From a virus: DNA of 64,000 nucleotides. The notes below the pieces were generated by a model, which was given only the letters and a program-made list of their open reading frames with translations, was not told where the DNA came from and ran no database searches. Below, piece by piece: positions 9,278-18,755 of this stretch. Position numbers and translations under genes: made by a program. How positions within the stretch are numbered: the stretch's first letter is position 1; every line of letters begins with the position of its first letter. The stretch lies in the IMG/VR virus record IMGVR_UViG_3300000553_000009, positions 62,316-126,315 of that record. One strand, written 5' to 3'.

Positions 9278-10201
9278 TTAAAGTTGAAGCATTTTAGTTG
9301 TAAATTCCAAAAACTTCTCCGTCACATGACCACCAGCGGCCCATTCTCCCCCACCACCATTACAAAGATTCTCTGACATAAAAACTATATCTGCTTTGGA
9401 ATTGAGAGGCTTTCTAAAAGAGACGAACTTGGTGTCTGGATGAACCACAATAATAACATCGTGATCATGAATGTCCATCAATTTTTTGGATATTTCGTTC
9501 ACGGAAAGCTTGGAAAATACTGCCAAAACTGACCAAGATTTAAAATTTCCCACGTATACATCCAGATTAGAAACTTCATAATCAATTTCCTTGAAAAATT
9601 GTTCGGCCTGCTCTAATTCCTGATTAGTAAATCCATCATAACCATTCCAAAATCTCTTAACGAATTCCGCAAATCTATTATACTTCGTCTTTCTATATAA
9701 GGCATTTAAGTATTCTGATTCTGAATATTTTAAAGTGTACTTATTATAATCATCTACATAAGCCACAAGAGTTTTAATTTCTGTTGAAATTTCTACCTTA
9801 TCCTTGAATTTTTTATAAATCAATTTTGAACAGGATGAACATTCCTCTGAGATTAAGGTAGAATCAAACGTGTTTAATTTCTCTCCTCGATCTGATATGA
9901 AAACCACTTTAGAGTCATCAATCTTATTAATGAGAGATTGATCCAGTACCATCCCAACCACAAATACTTTATCATAATTATCTAAATTATCATCTACCCA
10001 ATTTGAATATTGAGTTAAAAAATCTCCAAAAAACACAGATTTATAATCCATATTAGGAAAAATATTTCCCAAAAGAACGGTGGAACATGCTCCGTCCAAG
10101 TCAGAATTAGCCCAAATGAAAATTTTCGACATATCATAATTATCCATAATATGTAATTTGACAACTTGGTCTTCCAAAGTAAGGGTCAAATGATAGTTCA
10201 T
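9278..10201 (-). CDS. DHH/DHHA1-family phosphoesterase
   Basis: SDLDG motif I, DHHA1-type VSFR...GGGGE.AAGG C-terminus; the DHH motif itself is degenerate (ISDRG); true start probably an inner Met. Confidence 0.75.
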   Translation of the reverse strand: MNYHLTLTLEDQVVKLHIMDNYDMSKIFIWANSDLDGACSTVLLGNIFPNMDYKSVFFGDFLTQYSNWVDDNLDNYDKVFVVGMVLDQSLINKIDDSKVVFISDRGEKLNTFDSTLISEECSSCSKLIYKKFKDKVEISTEIKTLVAYVDDYNKYTLKYSESEYLNALYRKTKYNRFAEFVKRFWNGYDGFTNQELEQAEQFFKEIDYEVSNLDVYVGNFKSWSVLAVFSKLSVNEISKKLMDIHDHDVIIVVHPDTKFVSFRKPLNSKADIVFMSENLCNGGGGEWAAGGHVTEKFLEFTTKMLQL

Positions 10202-10502
10202 TATATGAGTGCTTTCCTGCTAATTCCAACATATTTTTTTGAATTTTCTTCTGTCTGTCATCTTCAAATTCTTCATAAGAAGTAAAAATGTAATGTAAGG
10301 GACGATAAGATATTGAAACATCATTAGACCCAACCGAAAACTGTGGTTTTCTGGCCCATGTCATTTCTTCCGCTATATGTTTGGCCTCAGTTTTTGTACA
10401 CTTTATAGCAAATAAAGGAATTTCCGTGTCTCTCGACCCATACATTCCCTTAGAATATATACAAATGGCCCAATTTTCTATTTCTTCTTGTATGTGTTCC
10501 AT
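10140..10502 (-). CDS. Hypothetical protein
   Basis: 120-aa ORF starting 1 nt after the helicase stop. Confidence 0.55.
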   Translation of the reverse strand: MEHIQEEIENWAICIYSKGMYGSRDTEIPLFAIKCTKTEAKHIAEEMTWARKPQFSVGSNDVSISYRPLHYIFTSYEEFEDDRQKKIQKNMLELAGKHSYNELSFDPYFGRPSCQITYYG

Positions 10503-10503
10503 A

Positions 10504-11823
10504 TTATTGACTCGCCAGCCTTTCTAATAAGGACATTTCCTCTCGTCCCATCAATTCTTCATCTTCATTACTTTGCTGGATAGAAAGAGTTTCATAAATA
10601 ATTTTCATTGCTTGAATCATACCTCTCGGGCCAAATCTATTTTTCATCATTCCTAATCTTATTAGACCAAGTTCCATGTCTTCTTCGGTTTGAAAAATTG
10701 ACATGATACAGTCACAAGTAGCAGCAATTCCCAAACTTTCAGCAATACCTTCCATGCCAGGATTTTCTTTACCATAGACCGAACGGTTCGTCTGGCACCC
10801 GGTTATAATAGGACATTTAAAAATATAGGACATTGCCCTAACTTGTTCACATATATATTTGATTCTTTCATAAGAATTAGATCCCTTGTCACTATAGAGT
10901 AATGATAGATAATCAATTACAATAGCATCAATATGTTCTCCTGAATCGATTAACTTTTGAATAAAAGAAGTTAATTGTTTTGGAGTAATTGTAGATGGAG
11001 GAAATTCTTTAATGAAAATTTTAGCCGTTGGAAGTCTTTTGTGTTCCTCTTCCAGAGCATATCTAAGAGTATGAGTATCAGTTTTGAAATCCTTCATGGG
11101 GATTTTTGTAACATTAGAGGCAATTCTCTTAGCATAAAGCAATTCAGACATCTCCAACGAGATTACCAAAACAGTTTTATCCTGCATTGCAATATTTGAT
11201 GCAACATTTCCAAGAAAAATACTCTTACCGATATTAGCTTGTCCAGCAAACATATACAGTGCCTTCCCATCCTCTCTGAATCCCCCTCCAAGGGCATCAT
11301 CAAGCCATGCCCATCCCGAGGGAATACAGGCATCCTCGTTCAAAATATCATCAATTATTCTCTCTGTATCTCTAAAGAGTTCCAGTCCTTTTTCAATATC
11401 CAAACAAATCTTACAAATCTCTTCAAAAGAATCCAAAACCTCTATGGGATTCTTAACTTTCCTTTCAAGATTCTCTGAAATTTCTTCCAGAGCTACACAA
11501 GTTGCCCTTTCTTTTAGAAATCTTTCCGTATTGACATATAATTCCTTAACATTTAAATTTTTATCAATATCTCGAAAGGATTCTATTAACTTTTTGAATC
11601 CAGTCTTGAGAATATCCGTATTCAGATACATTTTAATCTCTGTCAGAGTGGGCAGAGATTGATGTTCCTCATAAAAATTCTTGATTATCTCAAAATAATT
11701 CGAGATATTCTGATTTTCAAAGTATTCGGGTTTAATGTAATCCGATATCGCGGCCAAATATGTGGAGTCGGTCATAGCACGATATGCTAACACCCGCTCA
11801 AAATCGGTAAGGTCAATGCCCAT
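10504..11823 (-). CDS. gp41: Replicative DNA helicase (T4 gp41/DnaB family)
   Basis: Walker A AGQANIGKS, ISLEMSE, IVIDYL, CQTNR, MKNRFG. Confidence 0.95.
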   Translation of the reverse strand: MGIDLTDFERVLAYRAMTDSTYLAAISDYIKPEYFENQNISNYFEIIKNFYEEHQSLPTLTEIKMYLNTDILKTGFKKLIESFRDIDKNLNVKELYVNTERFLKERATCVALEEISENLERKVKNPIEVLDSFEEICKICLDIEKGLELFRDTERIIDDILNEDACIPSGWAWLDDALGGGFREDGKALYMFAGQANIGKSIFLGNVASNIAMQDKTVLVISLEMSELLYAKRIASNVTKIPMKDFKTDTHTLRYALEEEHKRLPTAKIFIKEFPPSTITPKQLTSFIQKLIDSGEHIDAIVIDYLSLLYSDKGSNSYERIKYICEQVRAMSYIFKCPIITGCQTNRSVYGKENPGMEGIAESLGIAATCDCIMSIFQTEEDMELGLIRLGMMKNRFGPRGMIQAMKIIYETLSIQQSNEDEELMGREEMSLLERLASQ

Positions 11824-12193
11824 GAGCTATAATACGTCTTTTATTTGTACAAAGGTCTTGAGAGAAATAACAATCTCCGATTACTTTAAATATATAGTCA
11901 TGAAAAGGCATTGAATAATCAGATCGATTAGTGAAGATATAACATTCCTCTCCATTGTGGAAATATACCATGTCATCTAAAATAGTTTTCGGAAAGTACT
12001 TACTCCACGGTTTTTCATAGGTACTCTGATACCATCTAGTAAACCAATCGGCAACTTCCTCGTAATTTTTACATACAATTGCTCCTGCTCCATCTCCCCC
12101 ATCTTCTGATATACGTTCAAAAAACCACTTGAATAGATCTTCTGCCCATAAATTCGAGACAGTTATAATTGAATGTGGATCTTTAGTGTCCAT
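11813..12193 (-). CDS. Hypothetical protein
   Basis: 126-aa ORF overlapping both neighbours by ~11 nt. Confidence 0.6.
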   Translation of the reverse strand: MDTKDPHSIITVSNLWAEDLFKWFFERISEDGGDGAGAIVCKNYEEVADWFTRWYQSTYEKPWSKYFPKTILDDMVYFHNGEECYIFTNRSDYSMPFHDYIFKVIGDCYFSQDLCTNKRRIIAHGH

Positions 12194-12872
12194 ACTTACT
12201 AATAAAATATTTTTCTCCTTTTTTCCAGTCTTCCGTGAACTCTGTTAACCCCGGTGATTCGTGTGTTATTAACACATCTCCAACTCCCACTTTCAGTCCA
12301 GCCTTATGACAATCCATAGAGAAATTTAGGTCATAAAAATCGAAAGGCGCAGGATTATCCTCATCAAATCTCATTTTATTCATAACTTTTCTATTCAATG
12401 CCATGAATACTCCATCAATTAAAATTGCTCTGTGAGGGTAAACTCCAAAACTTGTCATGTATTTTCTATCAGCATTGCCATGTGCTACTGCTCCATGAAG
12501 ATTAGTAGAATTGTAACCACCCATAAGATGCCACAGAGCAGGGGACTTAATTTCTATTTGCGATGCTCCTGCCACTCCTACTAAATCAAACTGATCAAAC
12601 AGTCGTTCTAATTTTGGAAGAGGATCACATTCTAAAATAACATCATCATGGATTAACAACAGTGCATCCACGTCTTCTTCTAAGGCTTTGGATATAGCCC
12701 AATTATAAATGAATGGTAATGATTCCTTATTTTCCTTGATAAGGAAGGGTACAACCTCGAATCTTTCATTAAAAATAGTCCAACATTTTTGTAAATTTGT
12801 CAATTCTCCCTGCTTTTTCTTGCTCGCTGAGCAAACCATCGCTTTTTCGATATCCATGCCTGATATTAACAC
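12183..12872 (-). CDS. GT-A fold glycosyltransferase-like protein
   Basis: YN.AI...LLLIHDDV, GVAG, IDGVFMA, FDFYDLNFS, HESPG motifs. Confidence 0.75.
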   Translation of the reverse strand: MLISGMDIEKAMVCSASKKKQGELTNLQKCWTIFNERFEVVPFLIKENKESLPFIYNWAISKALEEDVDALLLIHDDVILECDPLPKLERLFDQFDLVGVAGASQIEIKSPALWHLMGGYNSTNLHGAVAHGNADRKYMTSFGVYPHRAILIDGVFMALNRKVMNKMRFDEDNPAPFDFYDLNFSMDCHKAGLKVGVGDVLITHESPGLTEFTEDWKKGEKYFISKYGH

Positions 12873-12921
12873 GGATTTGGAGAATTGTCAACTATTTTTG
12901 GAAATTTTGATAAATACCTAT

Positions 12922-14433
12922 ATGTCTAAGTTCGGATTTGAATACTTTGTTAAGCGCCAGGAAGTTATAAAGGAAATGGCAAGACCCAGCCCATTAGATT
13001 CTATGGGAGAAGTGGGACAATTAACAAAATCCATAATGGATAAAGTGGTGGGAGTTATAGGTCATGGGGGAGAAATTGATGGGGAATTTGTGCCCGGATT
13101 AGGAGGAAATAGACCAGTTAATAGAATGCTGAGATATGTCATTTACATGATGACAAAGATGGATAAAAATACTGAAGATCAAGATAGGGCATCCGAAGAA
13201 GAATCTCAATCAGAAATTACTGGAATGGCAACCCATATTTTAGGAATTCCGAGAGAAGGATATAGAAAAAAATATACCCCAGATGCTCTATACAGAGCGG
13301 CGATAATAAAAGGAATTACTGGGGATTATCATGATTATGTTATATCTCCCGAATTTAAGGAAAAAGTATTAAATCCTAATAATATTTTAAATTATGTTGC
13401 CAGAAACCGAGTTCCCAATGCTTCTGCTCATGGATTTGCGGCAAAAAGAGAAAAATTACATGGAATGTCTGCGGAAGATATTGACTTGGCGCAAACCGGA
13501 CTAAAAGATATTGTTAAAAAAATCAATAGAGCAGAAGCAGCAAAAAGACAACGAAAGATTCCAGATGTTGAAGAAGCGCCCAAATCGGATGAACAAGTCA
13601 CTAATGATTCCACAGTAAATCTTGATATTATCAGAATTGCCATTAAAGTTCTTATCCAGAAAAGCAATGTGGTGAAACAGGTAGTCAATACGACTCTTTC
13701 TAAATTTAGTGACGTAGATCAAGAAACTCTAAAACATGTTTTAGAGGACTGGGCTGTAAAATATAGAGAAAATGTAGAGGTTGTGGATACCCTATATAGG
13801 GCAAATGTCCCTACTTTGCAAGTGTTACTTGCTAGTTATGAAAAATTGGAAGAAGTTGGTATAGATATGCCAGTCTTCTACAAGACCATGAAAAGAATTA
13901 AGACCACTTATTCTTCTGATCGGGCAGTTGTCAATCTAATTGACATGCTTACCTATAGTGTAAATCAACTTCTAAGTAAAATGGTAGATCCTCAGAAAGA
14001 ACAACATGTTCAGGAATTTCCTGGATATGATAATGATATCATTAATACCTTTCTAAAAACCCCAGAAGATAAGGCAAAATTTGCCAAATATCATAATTGG
14101 TTGAAAATAGAAAAGGAAAGGAAAGCCCAGAAGCTTCAAAATGATATTATTGCCTTGAAATGGGTAGAACATGAAGTACCAGGAGAAAGAGAATGGGTCC
14201 GTGAGGGATTTGAGGATTTCCAAAAAAAAAGACCTGAGATGAAAACTCAACAGTTCGGTGCAGGTAATGAAGCTCAGAAAGCTTTAGGGCAAGCCCCGAG
14301 AAATGAATCCTATGTAATGGATTACATGTCCGAGCAGATTTCCAAAGATAGATTTAAACCAATTGGAGAATTTAAGGATCGTGGATTTAAAAAGGTCAAA
14401 AACTATGACCAATGGCTACAAGTTAATGGATAA
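12922..14433 (+). CDS. Large hypothetical late (probable virion-internal) protein
   Basis: Start reassigned to ATG 12922 (MSKFGF...), 5 nt after TAAATA (12911-12916); charged helical protein. Confidence 0.7.
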   Translation: MSKFGFEYFVKRQEVIKEMARPSPLDSMGEVGQLTKSIMDKVVGVIGHGGEIDGEFVPGLGGNRPVNRMLRYVIYMMTKMDKNTEDQDRASEEESQSEITGMATHILGIPREGYRKKYTPDALYRAAIIKGITGDYHDYVISPEFKEKVLNPNNILNYVARNRVPNASAHGFAAKREKLHGMSAEDIDLAQTGLKDIVKKINRAEAAKRQRKIPDVEEAPKSDEQVTNDSTVNLDIIRIAIKVLIQKSNVVKQVVNTTLSKFSDVDQETLKHVLEDWAVKYRENVEVVDTLYRANVPTLQVLLASYEKLEEVGIDMPVFYKTMKRIKTTYSSDRAVVNLIDMLTYSVNQLLSKMVDPQKEQHVQEFPGYDNDIINTFLKTPEDKAKFAKYHNWLKIEKERKAQKLQNDIIALKWVEHEVPGEREWVREGFEDFQKKRPEMKTQQFGAGNEAQKALGQAPRNESYVMDYMSEQISKDRFKPIGEFKDRGFKKVKNYDQWLQVNG

Positions 14434-14818
14434 TTTTATGAATATATTTCAAAATTTATATGAACAATTAATGTTAGAAATGGCAAGACCATTATCTAAA
14501 CCTCTCCTTGCGGGACAAGAAGCTACTAATAGATATGTCAAACTATTAGATCAATTAGGAAGGTACTTCAAATTGGGAAAAGGCCCAGATGGGCAACCAT
14601 TAACTGACAATGAGGGTAATGTGATACCGGGATTAGATAATAGTACTCTACAACATCGAAAACTATTATATTTTTTCTTGACTTTGATAAAACAAAAAGT
14701 TCCCACCGTCAATTCCACACAATTGAAGAAAGTTAATGATTATGCGAATCAAATACTAACCGATAATGGACTACCCGCTTACAATGGAGGGGCAAAATAT
14801 AATCTAAAAATAGCATAG
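14363..14818 (+). CDS. Hypothetical late protein sharing the EMARP motif with the upstream gene
   Basis: LMLEMARP vs VIKEMARP; true start probably 14426 or 14438. Confidence 0.6.
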   Translation: MENLRIVDLKRSKTMTNGYKLMDNFMNIFQNLYEQLMLEMARPLSKPLLAGQEATNRYVKLLDQLGRYFKLGKGPDGQPLTDNEGNVIPGLDNSTLQHRKLLYFFLTLIKQKVPTVNSTQLKKVNDYANQILTDNGLPAYNGGAKYNLKIA

Positions 14819-14827
14819 GATATATTC

Positions 14828-15031
14828 ATGAGAGAACATCCCGGTATTTTATCCAATGAATTCGAATCTGATCTATACGATCCTCAAAACATGGCAGATT
14901 TTATTAGTGCCTCCCGTGTAACATCAAATACCCAATCTTTAAAAGCAGTAAAAACAAAAGAACATTCCACTGGAATGGGCATTTCTGATTTAAATGCTAT
15001 TACTTCCAAAACTCGTCCACAGAGGCTTTAA
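14828..15031 (+). CDS. Small hypothetical protein
   Basis: 67-aa ORF filling the gap before the convergent methyltransferase. Confidence 0.4.
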   Translation: MREHPGILSNEFESDLYDPQNMADFISASRVTSNTQSLKAVKTKEHSTGMGISDLNAITSKTRPQRL

Positions 15032-15768
15032 GCAGATAATACTCGGTTCTTTCCGATTTCAAAATATACTGGATCTTTTTCAATACCAATAAATTTTCTA
15101 TTAGTATTTTTTGCCGAAACGCCTACTGAAAATCCACCGGCGGCGAAATCTAACACTGTATCCTCTTCTTGAGTATAAGTTTTTATTAGATATTCCATCA
15201 AAGTTATAGGTTTCTGTGTAGGATGATATCGAGTATATCCCTTATTTGCCTCCCAACATCCAGTAATGATACTTGTAGGATTTTTATCAGTATAAGTAAA
15301 GATCTTTGATTCATTATCTACATAATCTCCAATACCTTTTGAATTTTTTGTGACATTCCAAGTCGTCATAGGTTTATCTCTTGGAACTTTTATAGGATAA
15401 TAATTATGTTTGTAATTTTTAGAGAAAACTATGACATTTTCATGCTTACGCATAGGCTGTTGTTTAGCCTGATGCATTCCTCTTGGGATATGTTTATCCC
15501 AAAACCACTCATATCTAAACCATTCTCTATTAGAGCTTACCAAGTCAGAAGTGAACGGTTGTTGTCCTGTCATGACAATCACTCCATTTTCTTTAATTAT
15601 TCTTTTTAATTGAGTCCATAGGGGATCAAAAGGAATAATCACATCCCATGAGTACTACCTGTAGTTAGATGAATATGGGGGATCGGACAACACAAGGTCT
15701 ATGGAATTGTCTGGAAGATTTTTCATTTCTTCCAGACAATCGCCTAAAATGAATTGAAAATTATTCAT
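15028..15768 (-). pseudogene. N6-adenine/N4-cytosine DNA methyltransferase (beta class) interrupted by an in-frame TAG
   Basis: ATG 15768 (ATGA overlap with uvsX) gives MNNFQFILGDCLEEMKNLPDNSIDLVLSDPPYSSNYR, then TAG (15655-15657), then in-frame YSWDVIIPF...HPTQKP...VLDFAAGG...FIGIEKD. Confidence 0.8.
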
Positions 15769-17309
15769 TCTTCGTCTGATGGAATTTCTTCCTCTTCTAA
15801 TTCGTCTAACTTTTTAGATACTTTTCGTCTAATTGCCTTGAGTTTTTCCAATGGATCATCAGATACTTCATTATCTTCTTCATCATTATCCTCATCATCC
15901 ATTACGTCTTCTTCATCATATGGAGCTTCTTCATTAGAATATTTCCAAGCAGTTTGAATACGATTTTCTAATTCGGGTAAAAGAGTTTTTTCCCAAAGTT
16001 CCTTCTTCTTTCTCCAAGCTTTATAGAACCCTAATTGATTACCATTCCAATCTTTATATGTTTTACCACCAAGAACTACAACACCAAGACCTTTCATAAG
16101 ATCTAAAAGTCCATAATACCGATCCAATCCAGTTGCAAATGAAAGATATAGTTCCACTTCAAGATATTGTTTGATAAATCTGTTTTTAACAGATAGACAA
16201 CGAAGAATAACTCCAGAGAAGTTTCTCTGCCCTGCTGCTAATGTATTATCTACAGTTTTTCCTTCATCATCTTTCATTGGTTTTCGAGCCAATTGAATGG
16301 TGACGGAAGGTTTGTAGGCAGCACCCTTACCGCCAGGCATATTCTTATCCAGTGAAGGATACATCGCAGAAGGATCATCATATACTTCATTAGTTACTAT
16401 GATAGTTGTTTTCGTAAGCTTACCCCAATTCACACAAGTTTTTAAGAAGTTCTTAATTGACTTGGCAAATGTTCCCATATCAGCGGAAGTTGCTCCTTTA
16501 TCCATTCTAGCTTCTCCCAATTCGGTTTCCATATTAGCCAACGAATCAACTATAATGACAAACTTTCCAATTGCTCCTGCTTCTGCAACTTTTTTCAGGA
16601 AGTTGCGAACGGCATTTCGAGTATTCTCAATGGTTGTAGTTGGAACATACTTAACTTTTGTTGGATCAATCCCAAATGCTTTACATCCATCTCCCTCAAT
16701 AGCATTTTCACTATCAAAAACTACTACATGTTTTCCCATCTTCTGAGAATTTGCAATAAGTTTTTGAACAAAAAAAGTTTTTCCACAGTTATGACTACAT
16801 AACCCACCACTCCAATACCGTTGATTCATATGATTAACTGATATATCATACACAAGTTGTGGTTCAATTTTTTCTATATTCGTTATTTCCAAATCACCAG
16901 ACTGTGTTAATAGCATCTCCCCAATCTCTAAGTTTTTAGTAAACTCCCAAGTTTTATCATCTCTCTGAAATTGGTGTATCTCAGAACATTCCACACTATA
17001 ATCTCCTACCGTGACCCTATAACACTCCGAGATAGGTCGCTCAAATATTTTATTAATATCCGTCCATCCATCAGGAGAGTCCACTAAATATCTACAATTA
17101 TATTTCATCATTTCAGGAATAGTTATTTCCTCTGAGTAATTCGATACATGTATGTCAAATAATTGAATTATTTTGTCCTCAGTATGTTTCGACACCATTC
17201 CCCCGTGAAAAAGTTTCGACACTAACTCCCGGTCTACTTCTGCGAGTTCTCCAATCTCTGTAAACGTGTAAAACTCTTTAAGTTCCTCTAATATTTCTTG
17301 TACTGTCAT
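15765..17309 (-). CDS. uvsX: UvsX/RecA C-terminal part fused to split-intein C-fragment (IntC 16788-17309)
   Basis: Intein blocks CSEIH, VYDISV, SHN/C followed by CGKT (rest of Walker A), DSENA, IIVDSLAN, NEVY, PGGKG, KNRF. Confidence 0.92.
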   Translation of the reverse strand: MTVQEILEELKEFYTFTEIGELAEVDRELVSKLFHGGMVSKHTEDKIIQLFDIHVSNYSEEITIPEMMKYNCRYLVDSPDGWTDINKIFERPISECYRVTVGDYSVECSEIHQFQRDDKTWEFTKNLEIGEMLLTQSGDLEITNIEKIEPQLVYDISVNHMNQRYWSGGLCSHNCGKTFFVQKLIANSQKMGKHVVVFDSENAIEGDGCKAFGIDPTKVKYVPTTTIENTRNAVRNFLKKVAEAGAIGKFVIIVDSLANMETELGEARMDKGATSADMGTFAKSIKNFLKTCVNWGKLTKTTIIVTNEVYDDPSAMYPSLDKNMPGGKGAAYKPSVTIQLARKPMKDDEGKTVDNTLAAGQRNFSGVILRCLSVKNRFIKQYLEVELYLSFATGLDRYYGLLDLMKGLGVVVLGGKTYKDWNGNQLGFYKAWRKKKELWEKTLLPELENRIQTAWKYSNEEAPYDEEDVMDDEDNDEEDNEVSDDPLEKLKAIRRKVSKKLDELEEEEIPSDEE

Positions 17310-18414
17310 GATTATTAATTTTATTTTTTATTATCGTTCTAAACTGTAAAATCTTATCCTGTCGATTATCTATCTTTTCCCAAAAATATAAAATCTCGAA
17401 ATTATTGTGGTTAGCCAATTCCTCTTTGTTAAGATCTTTTTTTAAACTATCAGTTACTGTTATAAACGGAGTGTCCTTAACTCGGGGGTGAAACATTATT
17501 CCGTTGTATTCAATAATTAAATTAAGTTGCGGTATTGTAAAATCGTAAAAATATATTGATTTATTTTTATGGTCATAAATAAAATATTCATCGTCATCCA
17601 CATATATCTGGAAGTCTTGGGGAACTCCCAATCCGGCTATTATTTCCTTAAAAAATAAGGAAGAAGCTTTCGAATACCGTTTAAAACATGATGTCCTTTT
17701 CCATAAAATCTCGTCCTTCTCTGATTGGGGCCGAGCATTAAACGTGGTTGAGCATTTATTCGCTATAATAGATTGAATATTTAAAGCCTCAGATTCCGAT
17801 ACATTATGTCGAGTCATTATAGATTCCAATGACCGAGTATTTTGTAATATAGATATTCTTATTTTAGCGTCATCTGCTGAGAACCCTCTAAATGTCCAAA
17901 ACTCAATATTTTTACAGGACCATCTTTTTTTATAGCCACCCAATTTAATTATTGTATCCTTATTGGATTGAACTTTTCGCCTAACCCTATCTTCATATTT
18001 AAGTTTAGCTTCTTCCTGTGAAATACCATAATACTCTGCTAACTTAGCAGGATCTTTAAAATTATGAGCTTTCTTAACATTTATTTTTTCTAATTCCTCC
18101 AGAGATTTTTGAGCATTTGTAGTCTTCATTCTCTCCATCGCTCTTTCTTTAACCGCTAAATCTAAATACCGACCGCCCTGTAAGCGTAATATTTCCGATT
18201 TAGCAGAATCTAAATCCCAAAATCTCTCTAAAAAATGTGAGATATTTCGTACAGTATGCGTCGGAAATAAATCACTTATTATAGGACGCTTGTGTTTCCA
18301 TATCAGTAGGTACTCTCTATATTTTCTCCATGTATCACTTTTAGTTCCCCTATAATTTTTTACCTTTTTCATAAGGGACATGAAATGTTGTTTATTAGAT
18401 AATTTTTTAGCCAT
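17278..18414 (-). mobile_element. Free-standing Vsr-like/PD-(D/E)xK homing endonuclease between the split-intein halves
   Basis: C-terminal YDF...IIEYNG..FHP...KD..K......FEILYFWE motif; own TAAATA-N5-ATG. Confidence 0.8.
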
Positions 18415-18432
18415 ACTATTATTTAGTATGGC
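18410..18432 (-). promoter_or_regulatory. Perfect 9-bp hairpin enclosing the late promoter and AUG of the endonuclease
   Basis: GCCATACTA-AATAA-TAGTATGGC (minus strand). Confidence 0.65.
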
Positions 18433-18444
18433 GATCCGATTTTT

Positions 18445-18753
18445 TCATTGACCCCCCGGCGAGGTATATCGCCGCCTATAAACTCTGAGTTTTTGATTTC
18501 CGGTTAAACACATAGAAGGCCCAGCAAATTGAATTACTCGACCTTCTTGTGCTCCACCATACAATGATCCTGAAATAATAGCATTCAAAGCTAAAGAACC
18601 AGTATCAATCCAAGCGTCCACCCTCGAAAGAGTGGATTCGCTTAGATAGGTGGCATATGGATTGACTTCATCAATCGAATCCATAAGTTTCTTGTACTTC
18701 GCAAAGCTTTCTACTTCTTTTTTTTCTTTAATTTCTTTAACTTTAGCTGCCAT
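18445..18753 (-). CDS. uvsX: UvsX/RecA N-terminal part fused to a 21-aa split-intein N-fragment (IntN 18448-18510)
   Basis: IDTGSLALNAIISGSLYGG...QFAGPSM then intein block A CLTGNQKLRVY and a TGA stop. Confidence 0.9.
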   Translation of the reverse strand: MAAKVKEIKEKKEVESFAKYKKLMDSIDEVNPYATYLSESTLSRVDAWIDTGSLALNAIISGSLYGGAQEGRVIQFAGPSMCLTGNQKLRVYRRRYTSPGGQ

Positions 18754-18755
18754 AA

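Noticed and set aside
18414-18447. TGA read-through fusing IntN to the endonuclease (the frames match, with 10 sense codons between)
   Set aside because: One-in-three chance; a further +1 frameshift would be needed to reach IntC; the endonuclease has its own promoter and start.
17278-18480. Group I intron removing the endonuclease from a contiguous intein
   Set aside because: Only 30 nt of non-coding sequence lie upstream and the ORF overlaps IntC downstream, leaving no room for a P3-P7 core; none was recognisable.
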